Positions 33,196 to 42,138 of a DNA stretch of 64,000 nt are shown in pieces. Every line of letters begins with the position of its first letter. Position 1 is the first letter of the stretch. The stretch is from a virus. Location: positions 1 through 64,000 of the IMG/VR virus record IMGVR_UViG_3300046697_000300. One strand, 5' to 3'. The notes under the pieces are model-generated. The model did not search any database. It was given only the letters and a program-made list of their open reading frames with translations, and had not been told where the DNA came from. The position numbers were made by a program, and so were the translations under genes.

Positions 33196-33444
33196 ATGAA
33201 AACCTTGCTCCTGATTGGCGCGCTCGAGTGCGCCCTCTGGTTTACCGGCATCGCCCTGGGGTTTGAGGCGGGGCAAAAGCATCCGGCGCACGTTTACTCG
33301 GTCTACGGCCGCGATGGGCTGTTGCTCGACACCTCCACGGGCCGGCTCTGCGTGCCCGCCGGATGGGTTGCCCCGGCCTATGGCGACGTGCCCGAAGGTT
33401 ACACGGCCCTCGCGCCCGCCGGCGTGCTCCCATGCCCGCGGTAA
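33196..33444 (+). CDS. small membrane/exported protein (82 aa)
   Basis: ATG 33196 inside track ORF 32926..33444. MKTLLLIGALECALWFTGIALGF hydrophobic N-terminus. Confidence 0.5.
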   Translation: MKTLLLIGALECALWFTGIALGFEAGQKHPAHVYSVYGRDGLLLDTSTGRLCVPAGWVAPAYGDVPEGYTALAPAGVLPCPR

Positions 33445-33692
33445 GCGGCAGGCTCGGCCGCCTGCTGGCCCGGCGCACGGCCCGGGTTCGCGTCTGCGCT
33501 GTCTGCGGCCGCAAAATCCCCGCCAATGAAACCATCGAACTGCTCGATCCCCGGCCTTGCTCGAACTGCGGAAGCCGGCTGCGCCAGTGGGACCGCCAGC
33601 CGCCGGGCATCTTTGAGACGGCTCGCGCCTGCTGGGATCTGCTCTCCTGGTGGTGGTGGTGCCGGGTCGCGGCGCCCGGACCAAAGCCGTAG
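33432..33692 (+). CDS. zinc-ribbon protein (86 aa)
   Basis: ATG 33432 inside track ORF 33363..33692. CAVCG...CSNCG. Confidence 0.5.
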   Translation: MPAVSGRLGRLLARRTARVRVCAVCGRKIPANETIELLDPRPCSNCGSRLRQWDRQPPGIFETARACWDLLSWWWWCRVAAPGPKP

Positions 33693-33714
33693 CTGGGCGA
33701 GTTTTTCATCTTTC

Positions 33715-34047
33715 CCACAGGCTTTTTGCACAGGAAAGTCACAGCGGTGGAAAACTATAGGCGCGACCCCACACTCCGTGCCTGTTTTCCTTTTTCCCAC
33801 ATCGCAATCCACAGAATCATCCACAGGTTGGCAACCATGTATGATGCTCGCGCGTCGCAACTTAGCCTTTCCGTCCACAGCTTCCACAGGCCCTACGGGT
33901 ACTACGGGTTTGTTTTATCTCTTTACTCTCCCTAACAACCCCCGTCGCGGCTGCGGGGGCCGTGCCTCGCCAGGTTCCTGCATCTCGCAGGCCACACTTT
34001 GCGCTTGACATCCCAGCCGAACGCCGTTACTTTTCTCGTGATCCACA
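33715..34047 (+). promoter_or_regulatory. array of same-orientation CCACA(G) repeats, several DnaA-box-like; candidate replication origin / iteron region
   Basis: Exact CCACA at 33715, 33769, 33797, 33809, 33821, 33875, 33884, 33992 and 34043, all on the plus strand in a 466-bp non-coding gap. TCATCCACA and TGATCCACA are 8/9 matches to TTATCCACA. Confidence 0.5.
34005..34033 (+). promoter_or_regulatory. putative promoter of the chaperonin operon
   Basis: TTGACA 34005-34010, 17-nt spacer, TACTTT 34028-34033. Confidence 0.4.
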
Positions 34048-34158
34048 CGAAAGGCTGCTGCTCATGCACCTGCTGCTGCTCGTCCCACGTTCTGCGCGCT
34101 TTTGCCGCGGCCTCTCACTGTTCGACCCCCACCCCCAACCCAACGTAAGGAGCTCCTT

Positions 34159-34506
34159 ATGAGAAACGGAATTTTCACGTTCGCTGGCTGCCTCGTCCTC
34201 ACCGTCGCGCTCGTCGCCGCGCAGGCGCCACCAACGCCACCGCCAGCGGCGCCGCCTGCGGCCCCGGCGGCGGCGCCGCAACCAGCCGAGCCTCCCGGCC
34301 CAGCGCCGCAGCTCACCAGCACAGAAGCCCTCGAGGTCGAGAACCTCACCCTCAAAATGCAACTGCTCAACGGCCAGTTTAACGAACTCCTCACGCAGAT
34401 CAACGGCGAGCATCCCGGCTGGCAGTTCCATCCTGAGCTCAACCGCTTCGTTTACGTCACCCCCCAGCCAGCCCCGGCGCCCGCGGCGAAGGAGCCCAGG
34501 AAGTAA
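34159..34506 (+). CDS. exported Pro/Ala-rich protein (115 aa)
   Basis: TAAGGAG before ATG 34159. Signal peptide MRNGIFTFAGCLVLTVALVAAQA. TAATG coupling to the chaperonin gene. Confidence 0.6.
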   Translation: MRNGIFTFAGCLVLTVALVAAQAPPTPPPAAPPAAPAAAPQPAEPPGPAPQLTSTEALEVENLTLKMQLLNGQFNELLTQINGEHPGWQFHPELNRFVYVTPQPAPAPAAKEPRK

Positions 34507-36266
34507 TGCCCAGACAGATCAAGCACGAAGACGACTGCCGGCAGACGATTCTGCGCGGCATGGACGCGGTCGCCGACCTGGTCGGCTCAACCCTCGGCCC
34601 GCGCGGCCACACGGTCATCATCGGCCAGCCCATCGGCCCGGCCAAGGTCACCAAGGACGGCGTCACCGTGGCCGAGGGCGTCTCGGTTCCCGATCCCTGG
34701 GAGAACGAGGGAGCCAAGCTGATCCAGCAGGCGGCAAGAAAAACCAACACCGAGGCCGGCGACGGCACCACCGCGGCGACCATCCTCACCCGCGCGCTCT
34801 ACCGCGAGGGCATCCGGCAGGTCACCGCCGGGGCCGACTCTCAAGCCCTGGAGCGCGGCATGCGCCTGGCCGTCGCCCGCGTCGTCGAGGAGCTCGGGAA
34901 GATCGCGACGCCCGTGGCCCAGGAAGACCTGACAACGCTCGAGGCCGTCGCAACCGTTGCGGCCAACGGCGACAAGGAGATGGGTTCAGAGATCGCGAAG
35001 GCCGTGCACCACGCAGGCCTCGAGGGCAATTACACGCTCGATCCGTCGCTGACCTCGAAGACCACTTTCGAGATCGCGAAGGGCCTCGAATTCCAGCGCG
35101 GCCTCGACAAGTGGCCACAGTTCATGAACGACCAGCGGGGCATGGCCATCTTTGGCGCCTGCAACATCTTCATCACCGACATGCACCTGATCGAAGTCGA
35201 GCAGGCCGCGGCGCTGCTCCGCAAATACTCTTCGTTCGGCGGCATGGTGCCGCTCTTGATCATCTGCGAAGACGTGAGCCAGGGCGCGCTCCAGGTGCTG
35301 TCGGCAAACAACGGCCGCAGCGTCAACGTATGCCCGGTGCGCGCTCCCGGCTCCGGGCTTGAGAAGAAGGAAATCCTCCAGGACATCGCCATCCTGACCG
35401 GCTCGAGGGCGTTTATGATTGCGCGCGGCGACAAGATCGAGAGCGTCGACAAAGACCACTTCGGCTCGGCCGACCGCGTTCTGGTCACGCCCGTCCGCAC
35501 CACCATCGTCGGCGGCCACGGTCAGGCCGAGCGCGTTGAACTGCGCAAGGACGAACTCAGGGCCAGGATCAAAGACGCCGAGACTCCCGAGTACGGCCGG
35601 GCGCAGCTCGAGCGGCGGCTGGCCATGATCTCGGCCAAGATCGCCATCATCAAACTCGGCGCCGGCGTCAACTCCAAACTGCTCGAAAAGCGTGACCGCG
35701 CCGAGGACTCGCTCAACGCGACCCTGGGCGCGCTCAAGGAGGGCATCGTCCCCGGCGGCGGCGTGGCGCTGATTCGTACGCTGCCAGGCCTGGGCGAACT
35801 GATCCAGACCATGGCCGGCGACGAGAAGATCGGCGCGCAGGTGGTAGCCTCGGCCCTCACCGTGCCGCTGGCCACGCTCGCCAAAAACGCCGGGGCCAAA
35901 CCCGACGTCGTCGTCCAGCAGGTCATCGAGATGCCCCTGGCCAAGCGTCTCGAATTTGACGACGCACTGGCCCAGGCAAAGCCCGGCATGGCCGAACCGG
36001 ACGGCGACGTTTACCCGCAGGGTACCGGACGGCTTGACTTTTCCGGCTCCGGCTTCGGCTACAACGCGGCCAGGGACTGCTACGAGCACCTGCCGGCCGC
36101 CGGCATCATCGATCCGGCCAAGGTGGTGCGGCTCGCGCTCGAGAACGCAGTCGAGCTTTCAGGCTTGCTCATCACCGCCTCGGGCGGCGTCGTCGAGGTG
36201 CCGGATCCAGCGCAGCTCGCGGCGATGGTTGCAGCCCGCCAGGCTGCCCAGGGAGGCCGTCCATGA
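34506..36266 (+). CDS. groL: GroEL-type (Cpn60) chaperonin, phage-encoded
   Basis: LGPRGHTVII, VTKDGVTVAEGV, AGDGTTAATILT and C-terminal GIIDPAKVVRLALENAVELSGLLITA align with canonical GroEL motifs. No GGM tail. ~35-aa insertion near the C-terminus. Confidence 0.9.
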   Translation: MPRQIKHEDDCRQTILRGMDAVADLVGSTLGPRGHTVIIGQPIGPAKVTKDGVTVAEGVSVPDPWENEGAKLIQQAARKTNTEAGDGTTAATILTRALYREGIRQVTAGADSQALERGMRLAVARVVEELGKIATPVAQEDLTTLEAVATVAANGDKEMGSEIAKAVHHAGLEGNYTLDPSLTSKTTFEIAKGLEFQRGLDKWPQFMNDQRGMAIFGACNIFITDMHLIEVEQAAALLRKYSSFGGMVPLLIICEDVSQGALQVLSANNGRSVNVCPVRAPGSGLEKKEILQDIAILTGSRAFMIARGDKIESVDKDHFGSADRVLVTPVRTTIVGGHGQAERVELRKDELRARIKDAETPEYGRAQLERRLAMISAKIAIIKLGAGVNSKLLEKRDRAEDSLNATLGALKEGIVPGGGVALIRTLPGLGELIQTMAGDEKIGAQVVASALTVPLATLAKNAGAKPDVVVQQVIEMPLAKRLEFDDALAQAKPGMAEPDGDVYPQGTGRLDFSGSGFGYNAARDCYEHLPAAGIIDPAKVVRLALENAVELSGLLITASGGVVEVPDPAQLAAMVAARQAAQGGRP

Positions 36267-36622
36267 CCCAGGTCATCAGCAAACTCATCGAGACGGACCT
36301 GCGCGACCTCGACGTGCAGTGCGCCAAGCCCGGGGACCGGCCCGTGGTTGAGCCCGGCCGGCATCGCGCAGCTCTTGCGGCCAAACGCCTGCGGCCGCTG
36401 GGTCCACGGCTTGCCGGCGAGATCATTCGCATCAAGGAGGGCATGGGCTTCGGCTTCATCCGGCCCGACGGCGGACTGCCCGAGCACTACGTGCACGTCA
36501 GCGCCCTGGTCGATCGCAGCCTCTGGAAAGAAGGCCAGCGCGTAACCTTTGTGCCGGGGCCGCCGTCTGGCGGCCGCAAGGCTCCGCCGGCCCTGGCCGT
36601 CGAGGCGGAGGAGGCCCCGTGA
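36263..36622 (+). CDS. cold-shock-domain (CSD)-containing protein
   Basis: GEIIRIKEGMGFGFIRPDGG...HYVHVSAL...EGQRVTF matches the CspA RNP1/RNP2 pattern. ATGA overlap with groL. Confidence 0.7.
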   Translation: MTQVISKLIETDLRDLDVQCAKPGDRPVVEPGRHRAALAAKRLRPLGPRLAGEIIRIKEGMGFGFIRPDGGLPEHYVHVSALVDRSLWKEGQRVTFVPGPPSGGRKAPPALAVEAEEAP

Positions 36623-36852
36623 AAATCACCATCGAAAGCACCTCACAGATCGTCACTATCGTCCAGGGCGTCGCTGAAATAACCGCTCGGGTTTGGGAGG
36701 GCCAGACCGAGAGCGGCATCAAGGTCGCCTGCCTGATTCCCAGGATTGTGGCACGTCGAGCCGACGACCTTACCCAGTTTGAGGCCGAGTTAAAAGAGCA
36801 GCCGGTTGCCACGGCGGCGCTCTTTGCCTTTCCGCTGCGCATGATTTTGTAG
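36619..36852 (+). CDS. hypothetical protein (77 aa)
   Basis: 4-nt overlap with the upstream gene. Confidence 0.5.
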   Translation: MKITIESTSQIVTIVQGVAEITARVWEGQTESGIKVACLIPRIVARRADDLTQFEAELKEQPVATAALFAFPLRMIL

Positions 36853-36861
36853 GGGGAAAGT

Positions 36862-37101
36862 ATGCCCATGTTTTTCAGACAACCCGGCGGAATCGTTGAA
36901 CTCTCCGACCGCGGCGAGTGGCGCCGAATCACCCGCGAGGTGCCCATGGCCAACGCGATGGCACCCTTCGCCGCCTCCGAGCGCGCGCGCCTGCTGCCCC
37001 ACTGGCGGCGCATCGGCCGGCGGATCCGCGTGGCAACGCTTGCCGCGGCCCTGCTGTTCTTTATTTTGGGCCTGGCCCTGATGATGTGGGTGACGCCATG
37101 A
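36862..37101 (+). CDS. hypothetical membrane protein (79 aa)
   Basis: GGGGGAAAG before the ATG. C-terminal TM VATLAAALLFFILGLALMMWV. Confidence 0.5.
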   Translation: MPMFFRQPGGIVELSDRGEWRRITREVPMANAMAPFAASERARLLPHWRRIGRRIRVATLAAALLFFILGLALMMWVTP

Positions 37102-37646
37102 CGAACCAGATCGACGAGGCCGCGGCCATCAGAGACGCCGCGACCATGGGCATTACCGACCTGATGGCCAAACACCGGATCGGCTACGGCCGGGCGCTCA
37201 AATTGCAGCGCGCCGCCGGCGAACAGTCTGACGCAGCCGAGGCGGCGGCGCTGCCCGACCTGCGCAGTGCGTTTGACCGCGACGAACCAACTGCGACAGA
37301 AACAGGCTCGAACGAGGAGCGGCCAGACGCCGGAGCACCGATCGAGCCAAGCGGCGACATCCGTTTGGCGGCCGCCGCTGCGATCGTTAAGAACGGGCAA
37401 CCGTTCACGATCTCCCTCAATGTTCCCGAAGAAAGGCTCGAGGACCTGGTTCACGGGTTGGCCCGGGAGGAGGCAATCGCAGCTCTGCTACGGCTCAATC
37501 CAGACGAGACCGGCCGACTGCTCAGTTTTATTCTCCAGGCGCGGCTCGACCGCATGCTGTTTGGCCCGCCAGAGGCCGAGATGGCCAGTCTGGGCGAGCG
37601 GCTCCTACGGATGCGCGCGCCAGGCCCTGGCCTGGCCGCTCAGTAA
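37098..37646 (+). CDS. hypothetical protein (182 aa)
   Basis: ATG 37098 (ATGA overlap) inside track ORF 36918..37646. Confidence 0.55.
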   Translation: MTNQIDEAAAIRDAATMGITDLMAKHRIGYGRALKLQRAAGEQSDAAEAAALPDLRSAFDRDEPTATETGSNEERPDAGAPIEPSGDIRLAAAAAIVKNGQPFTISLNVPEERLEDLVHGLAREEAIAALLRLNPDETGRLLSFILQARLDRMLFGPPEAEMASLGERLLRMRAPGPGLAAQ

Positions 37647-37673
37647 CCCGACGCGCTGGGAGGCGCGACTAAG

Positions 37674-38057
37674 ATGGCTGACACCAAACTCGAACCTGTC
37701 AATCTTGGATCCATCGCGCGCGGCGCGCTGATGAAACTCTTCGAGGTGGAGATCCAGAAGATCGCTGCCAACATCGCCGACCGCTCGACTCCGGCCACGG
37801 CCAAGCGCGAGATCACCCTCAAAATCGAGTTCAAGCCCGACACCGACCGGCGCTCGATCGACGTCACCACCTCGGCCGGCTGCCGGCTCGCCTCGGTCGA
37901 AGCCCACGCCAGCCGCCTTTACACCGGCAAAGGCGTCGACGGCCAGATGTACCTTTTCGACGAGGATCCGCGCCAGGAGATGCTGTTCGCGCCCCCGGCC
38001 GAAGACCCGAACATGCTCCAGTTCCCCACCGGCACCGCCGGCGGGAACGGCAGCTAA
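37674..38057 (+). CDS. hypothetical protein (127 aa)
   Basis: GGGAGG 10 nt before the ATG. Confidence 0.6.
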   Translation: MADTKLEPVNLGSIARGALMKLFEVEIQKIAANIADRSTPATAKREITLKIEFKPDTDRRSIDVTTSAGCRLASVEAHASRLYTGKGVDGQMYLFDEDPRQEMLFAPPAEDPNMLQFPTGTAGGNGS

Positions 38058-38103
38058 ACCGCAACCGTCAACCCACTCAGGCGCTTCCGGAGGAGCGCAT
38101 GCC

Positions 38104-38889
38104 ATGGATGCAGAAACTGTCGATAAAATTGCGGCGCTGGCGAAGCAGGCCACCGACCGCGTTGAGCTGACCACCGCGCTGGCGCTGCCCTACGACGGCG
38201 CAAGCGTGAACTATCTTTTCAAAACCAACGTCACCGAGTACGGCATCGAGCTGGGCGACCGGGTCGCGCCGTTGCGGCCGCAGGCGCTGCAGGTCGAAAC
38301 CCTGACCGGCTTCATCGACGCGGTAAGGGGCGGCGTCGCCGGAGACATCACAAAGGGCCGCGTGGTGCACGTCGAGGATCCCTTTACCGTCAAGGTTCTT
38401 GACGCCGAGCCCGACACCTTCGGCGTGCGCAACCTGCGCCTGGTCGCGAAGTTCAAGCCGACGGGTCAGTTCGAGTTCGAGACCTACACGCCCGGTGAGA
38501 AATTCATCATCGCTTTGCGCACCTGCTTCCTCTTCACCGAGGGCGACGACTCTCTCTGGATGCTCAAACTCGCCTCGAACTTGAAGGCCGGCGAAACCGT
38601 GCACGCTCAGGACGACGGCGTCAACCAGACGGTCACCATGAAACTCAACCAGGTCGAGTCGGTCGACGTTCCGGTAAAGCCCGAGATCGTGCTCTGCCCA
38701 ATCCGCACCTTCGCCGAGGTCGCGCCGGCGATCGAGCGCTTTCTGTTGCGGCTCAAGCCGGCGGCGAGCCAGCTCCCACTGATTGCCTTGTTCCCGCTCG
38801 GGGGCACCAAGTGGAAGGGCGACACGATGCTCGCGATCAAGCACTACCTCGCCAAGCACCTGCCAGAGAACTCGACCATTCTGGCTTGA
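38104..38889 (+). CDS. hypothetical protein (261 aa)
   Basis: GGAGGAG before the ATG. No motif recognised. Confidence 0.6.
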   Translation: MDAETVDKIAALAKQATDRVELTTALALPYDGASVNYLFKTNVTEYGIELGDRVAPLRPQALQVETLTGFIDAVRGGVAGDITKGRVVHVEDPFTVKVLDAEPDTFGVRNLRLVAKFKPTGQFEFETYTPGEKFIIALRTCFLFTEGDDSLWMLKLASNLKAGETVHAQDDGVNQTVTMKLNQVESVDVPVKPEIVLCPIRTFAEVAPAIERFLLRLKPAASQLPLIALFPLGGTKWKGDTMLAIKHYLAKHLPENSTILA

Positions 38890-38952
38890 AACCGGAGGGG
38901 CCCCCGACGAAAAACGGTCGCCCCTCCAACACCTCGCACACCGGAGGCACCC

Positions 38953-39414
38953 ATGCCAATTTTCCGCACCAGACAGATGCGCGTCCTGGCCGAGCGTAAC
39001 CAGCCCGGCGCCTGGCCCAGGATTCACGAGATGCTGCACGTCACAGGCAGCAAAATGGGCTCCTACGCCCACTCGGCCGACGGCGTCGTCACCATCACCA
39101 CGGTTGACAACGTGGTGCGCGCCGATCCCGGCGACTGGATTGTGAAAGACCAGACCGGCACCATCTACGTGCACACCCCCGACAACTTCGCGGCGACGTT
39201 TGAGGCGCCGCCAGACGAGGGCAGCCGGATGGCCACGCTCGACCGCGATCAAAAGGTCGGTCTTGCCGGCCAGCGGCCGGGCGAGCTCTTCACCGTTGAA
39301 TCGTCGGAGATGCTCGAGGGTCGACGCTTCTATCGGCTCCGCGAGATCCCGGGCCTCTTCCTGCGCGAGTCGCTCGAGTCAACGCCCTCATCGGCGCCGC
39401 CAGCAAACCGGTAA
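38953..39414 (+). CDS. hypothetical protein (153 aa)
   Basis: GGAGG before the ATG. Confidence 0.6.
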   Translation: MPIFRTRQMRVLAERNQPGAWPRIHEMLHVTGSKMGSYAHSADGVVTITTVDNVVRADPGDWIVKDQTGTIYVHTPDNFAATFEAPPDEGSRMATLDRDQKVGLAGQRPGELFTVESSEMLEGRRFYRLREIPGLFLRESLESTPSSAPPANR

Positions 39415-39426
39415 GAGGATGCCGCC

Positions 39427-39837
39427 ATGGCCAGATACAGAGAACTGCCGGTCGTCGTCGATGCCACGCAGTGGTTTAAGAACGGCGACCACCCAGACGA
39501 TTACACCCGGTCGCGGCGCGGCCTCACGGCCACGGGCACCGTGCTCTTCTCTGCCGAGCACGCTAGGCGGCAGGGCTGGGAGGGCGACGTGGTGCGCTAC
39601 TACCGCGACCCGTTGGTCCCTGGGTCTTTGCTCTGCATGGACTGCGGCAAGACCATGCACGTCCACGGGTGGCTCGATACCGGGGGGAGCGGCCAGGCGG
39701 TCTGCCCTGGCGACTTTGTCGTCACCGGCGTCGACGGCAAGCCCTTCGCTGTAAAGCCGGATGCCTTCAAGCAACGCTACCAGCGGGTCATCCAGCCACC
39801 GGCCAGTGTGACCGAGAATTTACCGGAGCCGCTGTGA
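39427..39837 (+). CDS. hypothetical protein (136 aa)
   Basis: AAGAGGA before the ATG. Confidence 0.6.
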   Translation: MARYRELPVVVDATQWFKNGDHPDDYTRSRRGLTATGTVLFSAEHARRQGWEGDVVRYYRDPLVPGSLLCMDCGKTMHVHGWLDTGGSGQAVCPGDFVVTGVDGKPFAVKPDAFKQRYQRVIQPPASVTENLPEPL

Positions 39838-40073
39838 AAGAGTGCGCGCTCTGCCACCGGCCATTCGGCGCGACGAAGCGGCTTTGCTTCGCCTGCGGCC
39901 GGCCCATTCTTAAAAATCACAAGTGGCACGTCGTCGGTTGCTACATCGTGCACGATGACTGCCAGAACCCAACCCAGCGGCCCCTGGTGCGCACGCCGGC
40001 GCCGTCCGGGGCTATACCCTTCCAGACGGCCGACGCGCCCGAGGAGGCAGCAGAGGAGCGTAATGCGGCCTAA
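39834..40073 (+). CDS. small zinc-finger-like protein (79 aa)
   Basis: GTG 39834 in a GTGA overlap. CALCH...CFACG. Confidence 0.5.
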   Translation: MKECALCHRPFGATKRLCFACGRPILKNHKWHVVGCYIVHDDCQNPTQRPLVRTPAPSGAIPFQTADAPEEAAEERNAA

Positions 40074-40503
40074 AAAAATTATTCTGATCGCCGACCCCAA
40101 CGAGCAGCGGCTCTCGGTCATGCTCTACACCCTCGCCACAAACGGCTACCGCGTGCTGCGTGCGTCGTCCAGCCAGGAGGCGGTCGCGTCCTACGCGACA
40201 GCCGAGATCGTCGACCTCGTGATCGTCTCCGAGACCAAGGACAACCCGCAGTTCCCGGCCCGGCAATTGGTCGAGCAGTTGCGCAAGTTGCGCCGGCACA
40301 TTCCGGTGCTGCTGCTCACCGACGGCGAGCCCCAGGCCGGCGATCTCTGGGCCGACGCGGTCGTCGCGAGAATTGCGTGCCCGTCGCTCGAGCTGCTGGA
40401 GCGCGCGAGGGTCATGAGCGCGCGCAAGCGCGGACCCAGAAAAGTGGAATTCAGCAAGGCTCCGGCGGCCGAGCCCGTCGTCATTGAGGCGGTCGCGCGA
40501 TGA
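40063..40503 (+). CDS. CheY-like receiver-fold protein lacking the canonical phospho-acceptor Asp (pseudo-receiver)
   Basis: KKIILIADPNE ... VDLVIVSETKD ... IPVLLLTDG follows the REC beta-alpha pattern. By eye, Ser/Glu sit where the acceptor Asp is expected and no conserved Lys is present. GAGGAG before ATG 40063. Confidence 0.65.
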   Translation: MRPKKIILIADPNEQRLSVMLYTLATNGYRVLRASSSQEAVASYATAEIVDLVIVSETKDNPQFPARQLVEQLRKLRRHIPVLLLTDGEPQAGDLWADAVVARIACPSLELLERARVMSARKRGPRKVEFSKAPAAEPVVIEAVAR

Positions 40504-40724
40504 AAACGTCCCGACCGGGGTCCGAGGTTCGCGAAGTGATGGATATTCGCCAGGCCGCGGCGTACCTGCAGCTCTCCTCAGACACCATTTATAAATACGC
40601 CCTGCAGGGCAAGATCCCGGCTTTCAAACTCGGCAACCGCTGGCGTTTTACCCGTGGTCAGCTCAACAGGTGGATGGATCAACTGTCAGATGGAGGCAAA
40701 GATGGGCACCAGGACCGGCATTGA
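40500..40724 (+). CDS. xis: excisionase-family (MerR/AlpA-type) HTH DNA-binding protein
   Basis: IRQAAAYLQLSSDTIYKYALQGKIPAFKLGNRWRFTRGQLNRWM matches the HTH_17 excisionase pattern. ATGA overlap start. Confidence 0.7.
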   Translation: MKTSRPGSEVREVMDIRQAAAYLQLSSDTIYKYALQGKIPAFKLGNRWRFTRGQLNRWMDQLSDGGKDGHQDRH

Positions 40725-41973
40725 ATGGACCGACTCCACATGGTCGCCGATGCGCGCGCGAGTGAAGCCCGACGCGGTAGCGATTGCCGTAGAAAAGGGC
40801 TACACGTCGCTGGTTGCGATTGCCGACAAGATGGCAGGCCGCACCGGGCAGCACTGCGAGCATGTCTCGCCGGGTTGCGAGCGCTGCTACGCCGAAACCA
40901 ACAATCACCGCTGCCTGCCGGCCAACGGCACCGGGTTGCCCTACGATCGACGATCGCGCGATCTGGTCGAGGCCTTCGTCGACGAGAACGCGCTGATGCA
41001 GCCGTTCCATTGGCGGCCTGTTCTCCAGAACGACGGGACATACCTGAGAGGCAGCGAACAGGCGCGGCGCATGGCCCAGTTGCCGGCGCATCGTCCGCGG
41101 CGCATCTTTGTCGAGAACCAGTCGGACCTCTTCGGCGAGTGGGTGACGGACCAGATGCTCGACCGCGTCTTCGCGGTGATGGCGCTGTGCCAGTGGCATA
41201 TCTTTCAGGTGCTGACCAAGCGGCCGGCGCGGCTGCAGAGCTATTGTTCCGACGACGCGGCCCTAGGCCGCATCCTGCGCGCGGCAGACGGGTTAGCCAA
41301 AATCTTGAAAGGCCGGGCAGTGATGAAGGCCTGGGAAGTGGACGACGGTATGGGGGGCCGCCACCTTCCCAACGTCTGGCTGGGCGTGAGCGTTGAGAAT
41401 CAGGCCGCGGCCGACGAGCGGATCCCGCTGCTACTTAGGACGCCAGCGGCCGTGCGGTTCATCTCAGCGGAGCCGCTGCTGGGGCCGATTGCGTTACCGC
41501 ATCTCGTCTCCTTAGCCTGCATGGTCACGAGCGAGCTTCCAATTCCGCCAGCATTAAGCGTTCCCGCTGGCCAGCACATTGCGTTCTCAAATCCGCACGG
41601 AGCTCTTGCCGTCGCCGCCCAGGGTGGCGGTCTGCTCGGCATAAAGCCCGGCGAGTTTGTCGATCAGGGCACTGGCCTCGATTGGGTGATCTGCGGCGGC
41701 GAGAGCGGGCCTGGCGCGCGGGTGATGCACCCGGCTTGGGCGCGTAGCCTGCGCGACCAATGCGTGGACCCGGGCGTGCCGTTTTTCTTTAAGCAGTGGG
41801 GCGCTTGGCGCCCGGCTAAGGATGGCAGGCTGATCGTCGCAGAGGATGGCCACATCCGGCCGAAGCACGAGACCCTCACCGACAAAGATTGCCGCATGCG
41901 TCGTGAGGCCAAGAAGGCCGCCGGCGCCGAGCTCGACGGCCGCGAGTGGAAGCAGTTCCCGGGGGGTAAATGA
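40702..41973 (+). CDS. phage Gp37/Gp68 family protein (DUF5131), unusually long
   Basis: TGIEWTDSTWSP ... SPGCERCYAE ... FISAEPLLGPI ... DWVICGGESGPGAR ... FFFKQWG signature. ATG 40702 after GGAGG. Confidence 0.75.
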   Translation: MGTRTGIEWTDSTWSPMRARVKPDAVAIAVEKGYTSLVAIADKMAGRTGQHCEHVSPGCERCYAETNNHRCLPANGTGLPYDRRSRDLVEAFVDENALMQPFHWRPVLQNDGTYLRGSEQARRMAQLPAHRPRRIFVENQSDLFGEWVTDQMLDRVFAVMALCQWHIFQVLTKRPARLQSYCSDDAALGRILRAADGLAKILKGRAVMKAWEVDDGMGGRHLPNVWLGVSVENQAAADERIPLLLRTPAAVRFISAEPLLGPIALPHLVSLACMVTSELPIPPALSVPAGQHIAFSNPHGALAVAAQGGGLLGIKPGEFVDQGTGLDWVICGGESGPGARVMHPAWARSLRDQCVDPGVPFFFKQWGAWRPAKDGRLIVAEDGHIRPKHETLTDKDCRMRREAKKAAGAELDGREWKQFPGGK

Positions 41974-42125
41974 GCAAAGATGCTTACGACCTGTTCCTCG
42001 AGGCCAAGGTTCTTTCGACGCCCGATACGGGGTTCGAGGTTCAGGCCTCCGAGATTAATCCCCTTTTGAAGCCGCACCAGTCGGTTATCGTTCGCTGGGC
42101 CGTGCGACGCGGCCGCGCCGCCTAA
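41970..42125 (+). pseudogene. 51-codon stump resembling the N-terminus of phage helicase-domain/DNA-methylase proteins
   Basis: MSKDAYDLFLEAKVLSTPDTGFEVQASEINPLLKPHQSVIVRWAVRRGRAA*. It stops just where such proteins continue into the GLGKT Walker A. ATGA overlap start. Ends 13 nt from the terL stop. Confidence 0.4.
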
Positions 42126-42138
42126 GCCATTGGCACCC

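Noticed and set aside
34986-39252. Long minus-strand ORFs (34986..36089, 36498..37454, 38077..39252) opposite the plus-strand operon
   Set aside because: They are antisense to genes with recognisable domains (GroEL, CSD) or strong SDs. Their composition is Arg/Gly/Asp-rich shadow-like.
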